Of a DNA stretch of 32,000 nucleotides, positions 1-13,385 are shown one piece after another. Below the pieces are notes generated by a model, which searched no databases, was not told the DNA's origin, and saw nothing but the letters and a program-made list of their open reading frames with translations. Both the position numbers and the translations under genes were made by a program. Numbering within the stretch: position 1 is the stretch's first letter; each line of letters starts with the position of its first letter. Source of the stretch: Geobacter metallireducens GS-15 (GTDB taxonomy: Bacteria > Desulfobacterota > Desulfuromonadia > Geobacterales > Geobacteraceae); assembly GCF_000012925.1 (NCBI RefSeq), contig NC_007517.1, positions 1 through 32,000 of the forward strand, given 5' to 3'.

Positions 1-188
1 TGTCTCTTTAGCTGATATTGCAAAGAGAGTATCTTTAATCACAGCAACCATTGTCTGTCAAGTACAAATTTACCTCCCTACGGTACATTTGGCCTTGCAA
101 ACGCCCCTCTCCTCTGCTAGTCTCCTCTATCCTGAGGCTACATCCAGCCTGTCCAGAATAGTAGCTTTTCCACTTCCAATACCTCAAT

Positions 189-226
189 TTATCAACAAAA
201 ATCCAGTTATTCACACCTGTTGACAA
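189..226. promoter_or_regulatory. Cluster of three DnaA-box-like 9-mers just upstream of dnaA (candidate oriC part or dnaA autoregulatory site)
   Basis: TTATCAACA at 189-197 and TTATTCACA at 207-215 each differ by one base from TTATCCACA, and the latter fits TTATNCACA. TGTTGACAA at 218-226 is the reverse complement of TTGTCAACA. The surrounding 1-230 is visibly AT-richer than the coding DNA and holds no credible gene. Confidence 0.45.
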
Positions 227-260
227 CCATGTGTATAACTGGTCCCCGAGACTACCCTCT

Positions 261-1613
261 ATGGAAGATGTTTGGCTCCAGGCACAATCCAATCTGGCCA
301 AAGTGCTCACGCACCAGACCTTCACCACCTGGATAGAGCCGATCAGGTTCGCCGGAGCCCATAAGAATACTCTCCTCCTGGAGGCCCCCAACCAGTTCAT
401 CAGGGACCGGGTCAGAGAGAGCTATCTTCCCATGATCCTCGAATCGGTCCGCTCCCTCACCGACTCCCACTTCCAGGTTGAACTCCAGGTGGCGGCCCGG
501 CAACAGGAAAAGACCGCGAAAAGCCCACGCAAAAGCCATACAGAGGATGAGCTCGGGCCCGTTGAGTCGGAAAAATGCGCGCCTGCCGAATTTTCCACCA
601 ATCTGAACGCCAAGTATACCTTCGACACCTTTGTCTGCGGCGGGAGCAACCAGTTCGCCCATGCAGCGGCCCTGTCGGTGGCCAACAACCCGGCCGGCAA
701 GTACAATCCACTTTTCATCTACGGCGGCGTGGGTCTGGGGAAAACCCATCTCCTGACGGCCATCGGCAACCAGGTTCTGACCAAGAACCGCAAGGCCCGG
801 GTCTGTTTCTACACCTCCGAGAAATTCATGAACGAGCTCATCAATTGCCTCCGTTACCAGAAGATGGAGCAGTTCAGGAACAAGTTCCGCAAGATGGACC
901 TCCTCCTCATCGACGACATCCAGTTCATCGCCGGCAAGGAACGGACCCAGGAAGAGTTTTTCCACACTTTCAACGCCCTCTACGAGTCACACAAGCAGAT
1001 CGTGGTCACCTCGGACAAGTTTCCCAAGGACATCCCCGGCCTGGAGGAACGGCTCCGCTCCCGCTTCGAGTGGGGACTCATCGCCGACATCCAGCCCCCG
1101 GACACCGAGACCAAGGTGGCCATCCTCAGCAAGAAGGCCGATTCCGACGGCATCCGCCTTCCGGACGACGTGGCGCTCTTTCTTGCCTCCAGCGCCAGCA
1201 CCAACGTGCGGGAGCTGGAAGGGATGCTGATCCGCCTCGGCGCCGTGGCGAGCCTCACGGGAAAGAACATCACCCTTGACATGGCCCGGGAGGTTCTGAA
1301 AGACATCATCGTCGACAAGACCAAAGAGGTCACCGTGGAGATGATCCAGAAGTATGTGGCCGACCACTTCAACATCAAGGTGGCGGAGCTTAAGTCGGAC
1401 AAGCGCCTCAAAGCGCTGGTGGTGCCACGCCAGATCGCCATTTACCTCTGCCGCGACCTGACCAAGGCCTCGTACCCGGATATCGGGGAGAAATTCGGAG
1501 GGAAGGACCACTCGACCATCATCCACTCGGTGAAGAAGGTGGACAAGCTCCTCTCCCAGGATTTCGAGCTGAAAAGCACCATTGAGACCCTGCGCAAGGG
1601 GCTGTTGAACTAA
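261..1613 (+). CDS. dnaA: Chromosomal replication initiator protein DnaA
   Basis: ORF 231..1613. The N-terminus MEDVWLQAQSNL...TWIEPI matches the usual DnaA domain I start, so ATG 261 is preferred over ATG 231. Walker A GGVGLGKTHL, AAA+ core LLLIDDIQF, and the C-terminal DNA-binding signature GGKDHSTIIHSVKK are present. No clear SD precedes either start. Confidence 0.96.
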   Translation: MEDVWLQAQSNLAKVLTHQTFTTWIEPIRFAGAHKNTLLLEAPNQFIRDRVRESYLPMILESVRSLTDSHFQVELQVAARQQEKTAKSPRKSHTEDELGPVESEKCAPAEFSTNLNAKYTFDTFVCGGSNQFAHAAALSVANNPAGKYNPLFIYGGVGLGKTHLLTAIGNQVLTKNRKARVCFYTSEKFMNELINCLRYQKMEQFRNKFRKMDLLLIDDIQFIAGKERTQEEFFHTFNALYESHKQIVVTSDKFPKDIPGLEERLRSRFEWGLIADIQPPDTETKVAILSKKADSDGIRLPDDVALFLASSASTNVRELEGMLIRLGAVASLTGKNITLDMAREVLKDIIVDKTKEVTVEMIQKYVADHFNIKVAELKSDKRLKALVVPRQIAIYLCRDLTKASYPDIGEKFGGKDHSTIIHSVKKVDKLLSQDFELKSTIETLRKGLLN

Positions 1614-1836
1614 AGGGGACAACCCTGTGAATGGAGGGACCCTTTGTGGACAACCTTCCTATCCTTGACCGTCCGCTCCGGGATAACCCGGCAGCCGTCA
1701 ACAGGGAAGTACTGATAAAAATTGTGTTACTATCGTGAGTTACCGGGTTATCCCCGGATCCACAGCCCCTATTGCTTCTACTAAGCTTTAAAAAAGCATA
1801 AACATACTAATCTGCATCTGTTGACAAGGAGGAGCG
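1614..1836. promoter_or_regulatory. dnaA-dnaN intergenic region with DnaA-box-like motifs, AT-rich tracts and the dnaN RBS (possible second oriC segment or dnaN promoter)
   Basis: TGTGGACAA 1645-1653 is the reverse complement of TTGTCCACA, one mismatch from consensus. Further weaker matches: TGTGAATGG 1626-1634, TTATCCCCG 1748-1756, GGATCCACA 1757-1765. AT-rich runs sit at about 1712-1735 and 1785-1815. A strong SD AAGGAGG at 1826-1832 lies 4 nt before the dnaN ATG. Confidence 0.35.
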
Positions 1837-2958
1837 ATGGAATTCAAGATCGACAAGGAAACCTTCTCCCGGGCTCTCCAGAAGATCCAGGGAATCGTCG
1901 AAAAGAGGAACACCATGCCGATCCTCTCCAACGTCCTTATCGAGGCCCATGCCGATCGGATCGAGCTGACGGCCACGGACCTGGAAGTGGGAATGAAGAG
2001 TTCCTACGAGACGACTGTGACCCGGGAGGGACGAATCACCGTTTCGGCCAAGAAGCTCTACGAGATCGTCAAGGAACTCCCCGAGGAAGCCATCTCTTTC
2101 GCCACCAAGGAGAACGACTGGGTGGAAATCCGCTGTGGCAAGGCCCATTTCAGCATCGTCGGCCTTTCCCCCGAGGAGTTTCCCTATTTCCCCAAGGTGA
2201 ACGAAGAGAGCCTGATCCGGATCGAGGGGGCGCTCCTGGCCGACATGATCGAGAAGACCGCCTACGCCATCTGCTTCGACGAGACCAAGTACAACCTGAA
2301 CGGCACCTTCGTGAAGGCCACCGTTGAAGATGATAAACCGATTCTCCGGATGGTGGCCACCGACGGCCACCGCCTCTCCATCGCCGAGAAGGAATTCCAC
2401 GGGGCCGTGGGGCCCGAGATGGCCAAGGGGGTCATCTTCCCCAAGAAGGGTATCTTCGAGCTCAAGAAGATCTGCGAGGAGGCGACCACCGAAGAACTGG
2501 CCCTCGGCTTCATGGACAACAGCGCCGTCATCAAGAAGGGGAACACCGTGGTGGTGATGCGGCTCGTGGACGGTGAGTTCCCCGACTACACCCGCGTAGT
2601 CCCCGTGGCCAACGACAAGATCGTGACCGTGGCCCGGGATCCGTTCCTCCACTCCCTGCGGCGGATGTCGATCCTCTCCAGCGAGAAGTTCAAGGGGATC
2701 CGGATGGAGATCAACGGCGAGCAGATGATCATCTCCTCCAGCAACCCTGAACTGGGGGAAGCGTCGGAGGAACTGGACGCGGCCTACAGCGGCCCTCCCC
2801 TTTCCATCCGGTTCAATGCCAAGTACCTCCTGGACGTCCTGGCGGTCCTCAACGAGAGCGAAGTGGCGCTGGTCCTCCGGGACGAGCTGTCGCCGGCCAT
2901 CGTGAAACCGGCCGCGGTCGACGGTTTCACCGCGGTGATCATGCCGATGCGGCTGTAG
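1837..2958 (+). CDS. dnaN: DNA polymerase III beta sliding clamp
   Basis: 373 aa. The MEFKIDKETFSRALQKIQGIVEKRNTMPILSNVLIEA start is typical of DnaN, and the C-terminal PAIVKP...AVIMPMRL motif is present. Position directly after dnaA and a strong SD support the call. Confidence 0.97.
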   Translation: MEFKIDKETFSRALQKIQGIVEKRNTMPILSNVLIEAHADRIELTATDLEVGMKSSYETTVTREGRITVSAKKLYEIVKELPEEAISFATKENDWVEIRCGKAHFSIVGLSPEEFPYFPKVNEESLIRIEGALLADMIEKTAYAICFDETKYNLNGTFVKATVEDDKPILRMVATDGHRLSIAEKEFHGAVGPEMAKGVIFPKKGIFELKKICEEATTEELALGFMDNSAVIKKGNTVVVMRLVDGEFPDYTRVVPVANDKIVTVARDPFLHSLRRMSILSSEKFKGIRMEINGEQMIISSSNPELGEASEELDAAYSGPPLSIRFNAKYLLDVLAVLNESEVALVLRDELSPAIVKPAAVDGFTAVIMPMRL

Positions 2959-3040
2959 GAAACAGTAACCGGCAGGCACGGAAGGCGAAGGCCCCTCCCC
3001 GGGAGAGGCCTTTTGCCGTTCTTTCGGCTATAGAAACACC

Positions 3041-6536
<3,496 letters not shown>

Positions 6537-6569
6537 TGACCGATATTAGTAATTATCCGAGGAAACAGA

Positions 6570-9143
<2,574 letters not shown>

Positions 9144-9170
9144 CCGCGACGGACAGCGGCCCGAGACCGG

Positions 9171-10790
9171 ATGATGCGTATTTTCCGGCCGCGGGTCCCT
9201 GGTCCCCGGTTCCCGCCTATGAAAAGTAATCGCAGCATCGACACGAGCCTCCGGGAGCGCCACACGATCCTGAACCTCCTGGAGGAACTGACAAGAGAGA
9301 CCGTCACCACCGACGAACTGACCAGGATCGGCACCACGCTAAGGGCGGCGGGACGCCGGGCCCTTTCTCCCCTCTTCCGGCGCCTCTGGCGGGAGAAGAA
9401 CGAAGCGGTCATCTCCCGCTACACCACGCTCCTGAGCTTCTTCGAGGATGACGGGTGGCTGGAGCAGCTGATCCAGGTGGCCCTCACCCGGAAGGACTTG
9501 GAAGGACCGGCCCGGTCGGCCCTCATCCAGGCACTGGCCGGCTATGGGGTGGACGTGTCAGCCCCCCCCTTCGCCCAGGCCGTGGACGGGAGCGGAGGCT
9601 CCCTTCGGCTTGCGGTTCCCCGGCTCCTTGACCGGGGGGAGGAAGGGCTCATCGTTTTCATGGAGGAGTTCGCCGCTTACGGCCTGGAGGCCCAGAAGGC
9701 CATCGTCCGGGAGCTTTGCTTCGTGGACGACCCCCGGGTGGTGGACCTCTTCGGGGTCCTCCTGGCGTTTGACGAGCCGGATACCCACCGGGAGATCATT
9801 GAGACCCTGGGGAGGGTCAGGTTCCCCGGGGCTGCGCGTCTGCTTCGGCGTTATCTGGCCGAAGCGCACGAAGAGCACCGTTCCCTGGCCGAGCGGAGCC
9901 TGCGGAGGCTGGGGTTCCTGGGGGTCGACGCCGGCGACGGCGGGGCGGAACCGCAACTGCCGTTCCATGCCACGTGGGCGAGTCCCCCCGATGCAGCAGG
10001 ACTCAGCTGCCTCCTGGTGGCACGCTGGACAGCGTCCAATCGTCTCGACGTTCTCTTCATGGAGCTCCACGAGACCGACGGGATGCGGGATGCCTGGGGA
10101 TGGAGCGGCCTGACGCCGGACGAATACGGGGATATCGTGCGGGAAAACGCCGTGGAAGAGACCCTGGTGGCGGTGGACCCGGGCTACGCGGCCGATCTGA
10201 TCGGGGATGCCTTGGAGCGGAGCCACGCGAGCGGCTTCTACCTCCCCCCCGAGTTCTACGTGCGGCAGCGGATCCTGTCGGGGCTCGACGTGACCCCGCG
10301 CCCCTACGTCCCCTCCTTCGGGGGGATGGAACTGGCCGGGGCAGACCGCCCTGATGTGGTGGCCGGGAGCGCCGGGCTCCTGGACGACTGGTTCTTTGAC
10401 GGCTGGTTCTTCTTCGACAGCCGGACCCGGCTTCTGGCCGACGAGCTGGAGCGGTTCGGCGACGAACCCTTTGCCCGGGAGGACGAGGCGGCCGTGGACC
10501 GGTTCCTGGAGCAATGGTGCAGCCAGGAAGTGGCCCCCCGCTTGGAGCGGATCGTCCGGCGGCTCTTCCTCACGGCCGACCTCATGGTCCGCGCCGGCCG
10601 GGAGGAGCACCCGGTGGCCCAGACCGTGGCCTGCGCGGTGAGCCTCTCCCGGGGGATCATCCCCCTTCACCGGCACCCCTTCCTGCGGCGCTGGCTCCTG
10701 GAACTGATCGGCATGGTCCGGGAGGCCCGGGCCGAAGGGTACCAGTTCCCCCCCACCCCCTGGGACGACGAGGATGGGGAGTGGGATTAA
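9171..10790 (+). CDS. Hypothetical protein, possibly HEAT/PBS-lyase-like repeats, with an acidic C-terminus
   Basis: 539-aa ORF with third-position GC bias like its neighbours. Segments such as DPRVVDLFGVLLAFDEPDTHREIIETLGRVRFPGAARLLRRYL resemble HEAT-like repeats. The start is uncertain: ATG 9171, 9174 or 9219 (MKSNRS), none with a good SD. No catalytic motif was recognised. Confidence 0.65.
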   Translation: MMRIFRPRVPGPRFPPMKSNRSIDTSLRERHTILNLLEELTRETVTTDELTRIGTTLRAAGRRALSPLFRRLWREKNEAVISRYTTLLSFFEDDGWLEQLIQVALTRKDLEGPARSALIQALAGYGVDVSAPPFAQAVDGSGGSLRLAVPRLLDRGEEGLIVFMEEFAAYGLEAQKAIVRELCFVDDPRVVDLFGVLLAFDEPDTHREIIETLGRVRFPGAARLLRRYLAEAHEEHRSLAERSLRRLGFLGVDAGDGGAEPQLPFHATWASPPDAAGLSCLLVARWTASNRLDVLFMELHETDGMRDAWGWSGLTPDEYGDIVRENAVEETLVAVDPGYAADLIGDALERSHASGFYLPPEFYVRQRILSGLDVTPRPYVPSFGGMELAGADRPDVVAGSAGLLDDWFFDGWFFFDSRTRLLADELERFGDEPFAREDEAAVDRFLEQWCSQEVAPRLERIVRRLFLTADLMVRAGREEHPVAQTVACAVSLSRGIIPLHRHPFLRRWLLELIGMVREARAEGYQFPPTPWDDEDGEWD

Positions 10791-10809
10791 GCGCAAAAGC
10801 TATTTGAAA

Positions 10810-10945
10810 CACTGAGCAACAGAGCAACGGAGTAAAATCTGAGAAACAAACCCTGAAATTTTAATTGATTGCATTAGTAGGGAACAGGCAGGATGTTTCG
10901 AAAAAGGGTGTTTTCTCAGTTGCTCAGTTGCTCAGTTGCTCAGTG
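10810..10945. repeat. Long imperfect inverted repeat built from octamer units (CTGAGCAA / TTGCTCAG), including a 3.9x tandem CTCAGTTG array at 10915-10945
   Basis: The left arm 10810-10853 is cactgagcaacagagcaacggagtaaaatctgagaaacaaaccc. The right arm 10906-10945 is gggtgttttctcagttgctcagttgctcagttgctcagtg. The arms are largely reverse-complementary and are separated by an AT-rich spacer of about 52 nt. Confidence 0.8.
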
Positions 10946-10961
10946 TTATTAGTTGGTTAAC

Positions 10962-11013
10962 TGTTGAGTGCCACGACATCGTGGACAACTTTTTGTGCCA
11001 TGACATCGTGGAC
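10962..11013. repeat. IS left end: terminal IR plus a subterminal copy of the 19-bp motif GTGCCAYGACATCGTGGAC (10968-10986 and 10995-11013)
   Basis: The two direct copies differ at one base. Each contains the internal palindrome CCA(C/T)GA-CA-TCGTGG. Confidence 0.85.
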
Positions 11014-11024
11014 ACTCATCTGAA

Positions 11025-12194
11025 TCACCGCAGTTTGTAATCGAATTCCTCGACCTGATTTTTATCCAGGAAGAGTTTCAGTTTCTGTTCTTTGACATCG
11101 ATAGTCGCCACCACGTATTCAAGCGCTGTCTCCGGTGGAACCGAGAAGCATTCGCCGAAGATGTTCAGCTTCAGGTCACTGCGGATAAGGCGGACAGCAT
11201 GATATTTTCCGACTTCTGGCTTCTTCAGGCGATGCCTGGGAGGTTCATCCTCAGTCGGGAACCTCAGTTGCACATGCGAGGTGGCCAGTGCTTTCAGCGG
11301 CGTACTCCCCTTTAGCTTGCTGTAGCGATACTTGCTGTTGTGTCGCTGCTCAAAGGTCAGTGAGCCGACTTTCAATTCCTCTTCTGAAGTCATGATGACT
11401 TTGCCGAGGAACCGTTGTTGGTACCGGTCGTTGAACTTTTCGATCATGCCGTTTCTCCATGGTTCAGCCATGGGTATGAACCATGGTTCGACATCGTTAT
11501 GCAGGCAAAGACGAATCAGTGGTCCCATGCCGCGGGGATGTGTCGGGCTGCCGAAGAATGACATGGCATTGTCAACCTGGAGTCGTTCTGGGATGCCTAG
11601 TCGTTTCCAGACTTCCCACAAACCGTCAATGACCATCTGACCAGCTTTGGACCGAGATGAGTGCAACCCGCACCTGACGGTTGCTGTATCGACAACATTC
11701 AGGCTGTAGAAGCGAATTGGCCCTGTCAGATAGCATGGACCAACGAGATCAGCTTGGTGCGTCTGGTTCGGCAACGCTGACGGCAGAACTGGGTAAAGCG
11801 TCCCTTTGGCTTCGTATTTGCCGGTGCGCCGATGTGTCAGTTCATTCCTTGCAAGAATCCGATTGATGGTTCTGGTAGAAGGCAACGGCTTGACACCCAG
11901 GTCCTCCAACTCCCACAGGATGGCCTGTGCACCACAGAACAAGCCCTTGTTGTAGAGATTGAGGCGAACCATTTTGACGATTTCTTCAATCTCTGCCGTT
12001 GTACGGTTCGGCATGGATTGTGGGCATCGGGATCGCTCGTCACTCCATACAGGGTCATCTCCATTCTGGCGAGCAACCCATTTGTATAGCCAGGAACGAG
12101 ACTTGCCGAGTGATGTGCAAATTGATTCCGGGGTTTCGCCGTTTCTGAACCGTTGAACGGCCAACACCCGAAGCTGCTTGTTTTTATCTTCCAT
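11025..12194 (-). CDS. IS481-family-like DDE transposase (N-terminal HTH plus rve integrase core)
   Basis: The ORF is 11025..12224 (399 aa). The internal ATG at 12194 (MEDKNKQ) is preceded by the SD GGAGGTG (reverse complement of 12198-12204) and is preferred. DDE-type core motifs seen: HQADLVGP, LQVDNAMSF and WRNGMIEKFN. HTH-like N-terminus: ESICTSLGKSRSWLYKW. Confidence 0.9.
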   Translation of the reverse strand: MEDKNKQLRVLAVQRFRNGETPESICTSLGKSRSWLYKWVARQNGDDPVWSDERSRCPQSMPNRTTAEIEEIVKMVRLNLYNKGLFCGAQAILWELEDLGVKPLPSTRTINRILARNELTHRRTGKYEAKGTLYPVLPSALPNQTHQADLVGPCYLTGPIRFYSLNVVDTATVRCGLHSSRSKAGQMVIDGLWEVWKRLGIPERLQVDNAMSFFGSPTHPRGMGPLIRLCLHNDVEPWFIPMAEPWRNGMIEKFNDRYQQRFLGKVIMTSEEELKVGSLTFEQRHNSKYRYSKLKGSTPLKALATSHVQLRFPTEDEPPRHRLKKPEVGKYHAVRLIRSDLKLNIFGECFSVPPETALEYVVATIDVKEQKLKLFLDKNQVEEFDYKLR

Positions 12195-12262
12195 GAACAC
12201 CTCCGAGTTTGATGTGGTGTTCACAGAATGCCGTGGCGACTATTCGATTGTCAGAGAACTTT

Positions 12263-12314
12263 GTCTACGATGTGCTGGCACATTTTTCTGTCCACGATGT
12301 CGTGGCACTCAACA
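12263..12314. repeat. IS right end: terminal IR plus a degenerate subterminal copy of the same 19-bp motif (12263-12281 and 12290-12308, reverse orientation)
   Basis: 12290-12308 is the exact reverse complement of 10968-10986. 12263-12281 (gtctacgatgtgctggcac) matches with about 3 mismatches. Confidence 0.8.
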
Positions 12315-12342
12315 GTTAACAAACATGAGCGAGGGACTGTCC

Positions 12343-13350
12343 ATGGGCGAAAAGATCGGAGTCATCGGCGCGGGGAGTTGGGGAACAACCCTGGCAAATC
12401 TTCTGGCAAAGAAGGGGCTGGATGTCACCCTCTGGGCCTATGAGCCGGAGCTGGTGGCGGAGATGCGGGCCACGCGGGTCAACACCCTCTTTCTCCCTGG
12501 CACGGAACTCGCTGCCGGCCTCGCCTTCACCAACTCTCTTGAGGAGGCGGCAGCGGGGAAAGATGTGCTGGTTCTCGTCTCCCCCTCCCAGGTCATGCGG
12601 AGCGTCCTGACGCAGCTCGCTCCCCTCCTGAAGCCCGGGGTGACGCTGGTGAACGCTTCCAAGGGGATTGAGCTCGATACCCTCATGACCATGGACCAGG
12701 TATGCGGCGCCGTCCTCCCCCCCGCAGTCGCCGGACGCTTCTGCGTCCTCTCGGGCCCAAGCTTTGCCCGGGAAGTGGCCCAGGAGATGCCGACGGCGGT
12801 GGTGGCGGCCTCCGCCGACCTCGAGGCTGCGGCCCAGGTCCAGCGCCTCTTCACCGCTCCCTATTTCCGGGTCTACACCAACAGCGACGTGGTGGGGGTC
12901 GAGATCGGCGGGGCCCTCAAGAACGTCATCGCCCTGGCCGCGGGGATCTCCGACGGCCTGGGGCTCGGCCACAACACCCGGGCCGCCCTCATCACCCGGG
13001 GGCTCGCCGAGATGAACCGCCTCGGCCGCGCCATGGGGGCGGATCCGGCCACCTTCGCCGGGCTTGCCGGCATGGGGGACCTGGTCCTCACCTGCACCGG
13101 CGACCTCTCCCGCAACCGGACCGTGGGGATGAAGCTGGGCCAGGGGATGCGCCTTGCGGAGATCCTCGGTGAGATGCGGATGGTGGCCGAGGGGGTGAAG
13201 ACCGCCGAGTCGGCCTGGCGTCTTGCCAGCCAGATGGGGGTCGACATGCCCATCACCGAGAAGGTCTACCAGGTGCTCTACGAGGACAAGCCGGCACGGC
13301 AGGCGGTCCTTGAACTCATGACCCGCGACCCGAAGGCCGAGCGGGGGTAG
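12343..13350 (+). CDS. gpsA: NAD(P)H-dependent glycerol-3-phosphate dehydrogenase
   Basis: It has the Rossmann start KIGVIGAGSWGTTLANLLA and downstream GpsA-like blocks (NAKGIE-type ASKGIE, GALKNVIALAAGISDGLGLG, EGVKTA). The start at 12343 is preceded by GAGGGA at 12331-12336; ATG 12325 is an alternative. The tracked ORF start 12178 lies inside the IS and is an artefact. Confidence 0.93.
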   Translation: MGEKIGVIGAGSWGTTLANLLAKKGLDVTLWAYEPELVAEMRATRVNTLFLPGTELAAGLAFTNSLEEAAAGKDVLVLVSPSQVMRSVLTQLAPLLKPGVTLVNASKGIELDTLMTMDQVCGAVLPPAVAGRFCVLSGPSFAREVAQEMPTAVVAASADLEAAAQVQRLFTAPYFRVYTNSDVVGVEIGGALKNVIALAAGISDGLGLGHNTRAALITRGLAEMNRLGRAMGADPATFAGLAGMGDLVLTCTGDLSRNRTVGMKLGQGMRLAEILGEMRMVAEGVKTAESAWRLASQMGVDMPITEKVYQVLYEDKPARQAVLELMTRDPKAERG

Positions 13351-13385
13351 GAACCCGAGTCCCCACACCCGTCGGAGGGTATGCC

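Larger units (their letters stand above)
10962..12314 (-). mobile_element. Intact insertion sequence, IS481-like (single DDE/rve transposase), 1353 bp, flanked by a 6-bp GTTAAC target-site duplication (10956-10961 and 12315-12320)
   Basis: Perfect 25-bp terminal inverted repeats, TGTTGAGTGCCACGACATCGTGGAC at 10962-10986 and its reverse complement at 12290-12314, with TG...CA termini. Identical GTTAAC lies on both flanks. There is a single transposase ORF, and G+C is visibly lower than in the flanking genes. Confidence 0.9.

Noticed and set aside
220-239. TTGACA (220-225) and TATAAC (234-239) as a dnaA promoter
   Set aside because: The hexamers are only 8 bp apart, incompatible with a sigma-70 -35/-10 pair. 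TTGACA is more plausibly part of a DnaA-box-like site.
35-400. 121-aa minus-strand ORF spanning the dnaA start region
   Set aside because: It overlaps the dnaA 5' end and the DnaA-box leader, shows no motifs, and has implausible composition. This is more likely non-coding origin or promoter DNA.
575-1279. Alternate-frame same-strand ORFs inside genes (for example 575-1279, 3256-3774, 7826-9082, 16300-16857, 21533-22102, 22393-23175)
   Set aside because: Their Arg/Pro/Gly-rich translations are typical of off-frame reading of high-GC genes, and each lies within a gene whose main frame has unmistakable family motifs.
1807-2979. 390-aa minus-strand ORF antisense to dnaN
   Set aside because: It fully overlaps a confidently identified gene. 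The composition (Gly/Arg/Pro/Asp/His-rich, low complexity) is typical of high-GC shadow frames, and no motif was recognised.
10915-10945. Possible CRISPR or short tandem array (CTCAGTTG x ~4)
   Set aside because: The units are 8 bp and contiguous with no spacers, and no cas genes are present. It is part of the inverted-repeat element, not a CRISPR.
12276-12292. TGGCAC in the IS right end as a sigma-54 -24 element driving gpsA
   Set aside because: The position 10 nt downstream of GG reads TG, not the conserved GC of the -12 element (tggcacatttttctg), so the match is too weak to call.
12178-12342. N-terminal extension of gpsA in the ORF track (390-aa version starting at 12178)
   Set aside because: The extension begins inside the IS right end and crosses the terminal IR and target duplication. 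The conserved GpsA Rossmann motif starts right after ATG 12343, which has its own SD.
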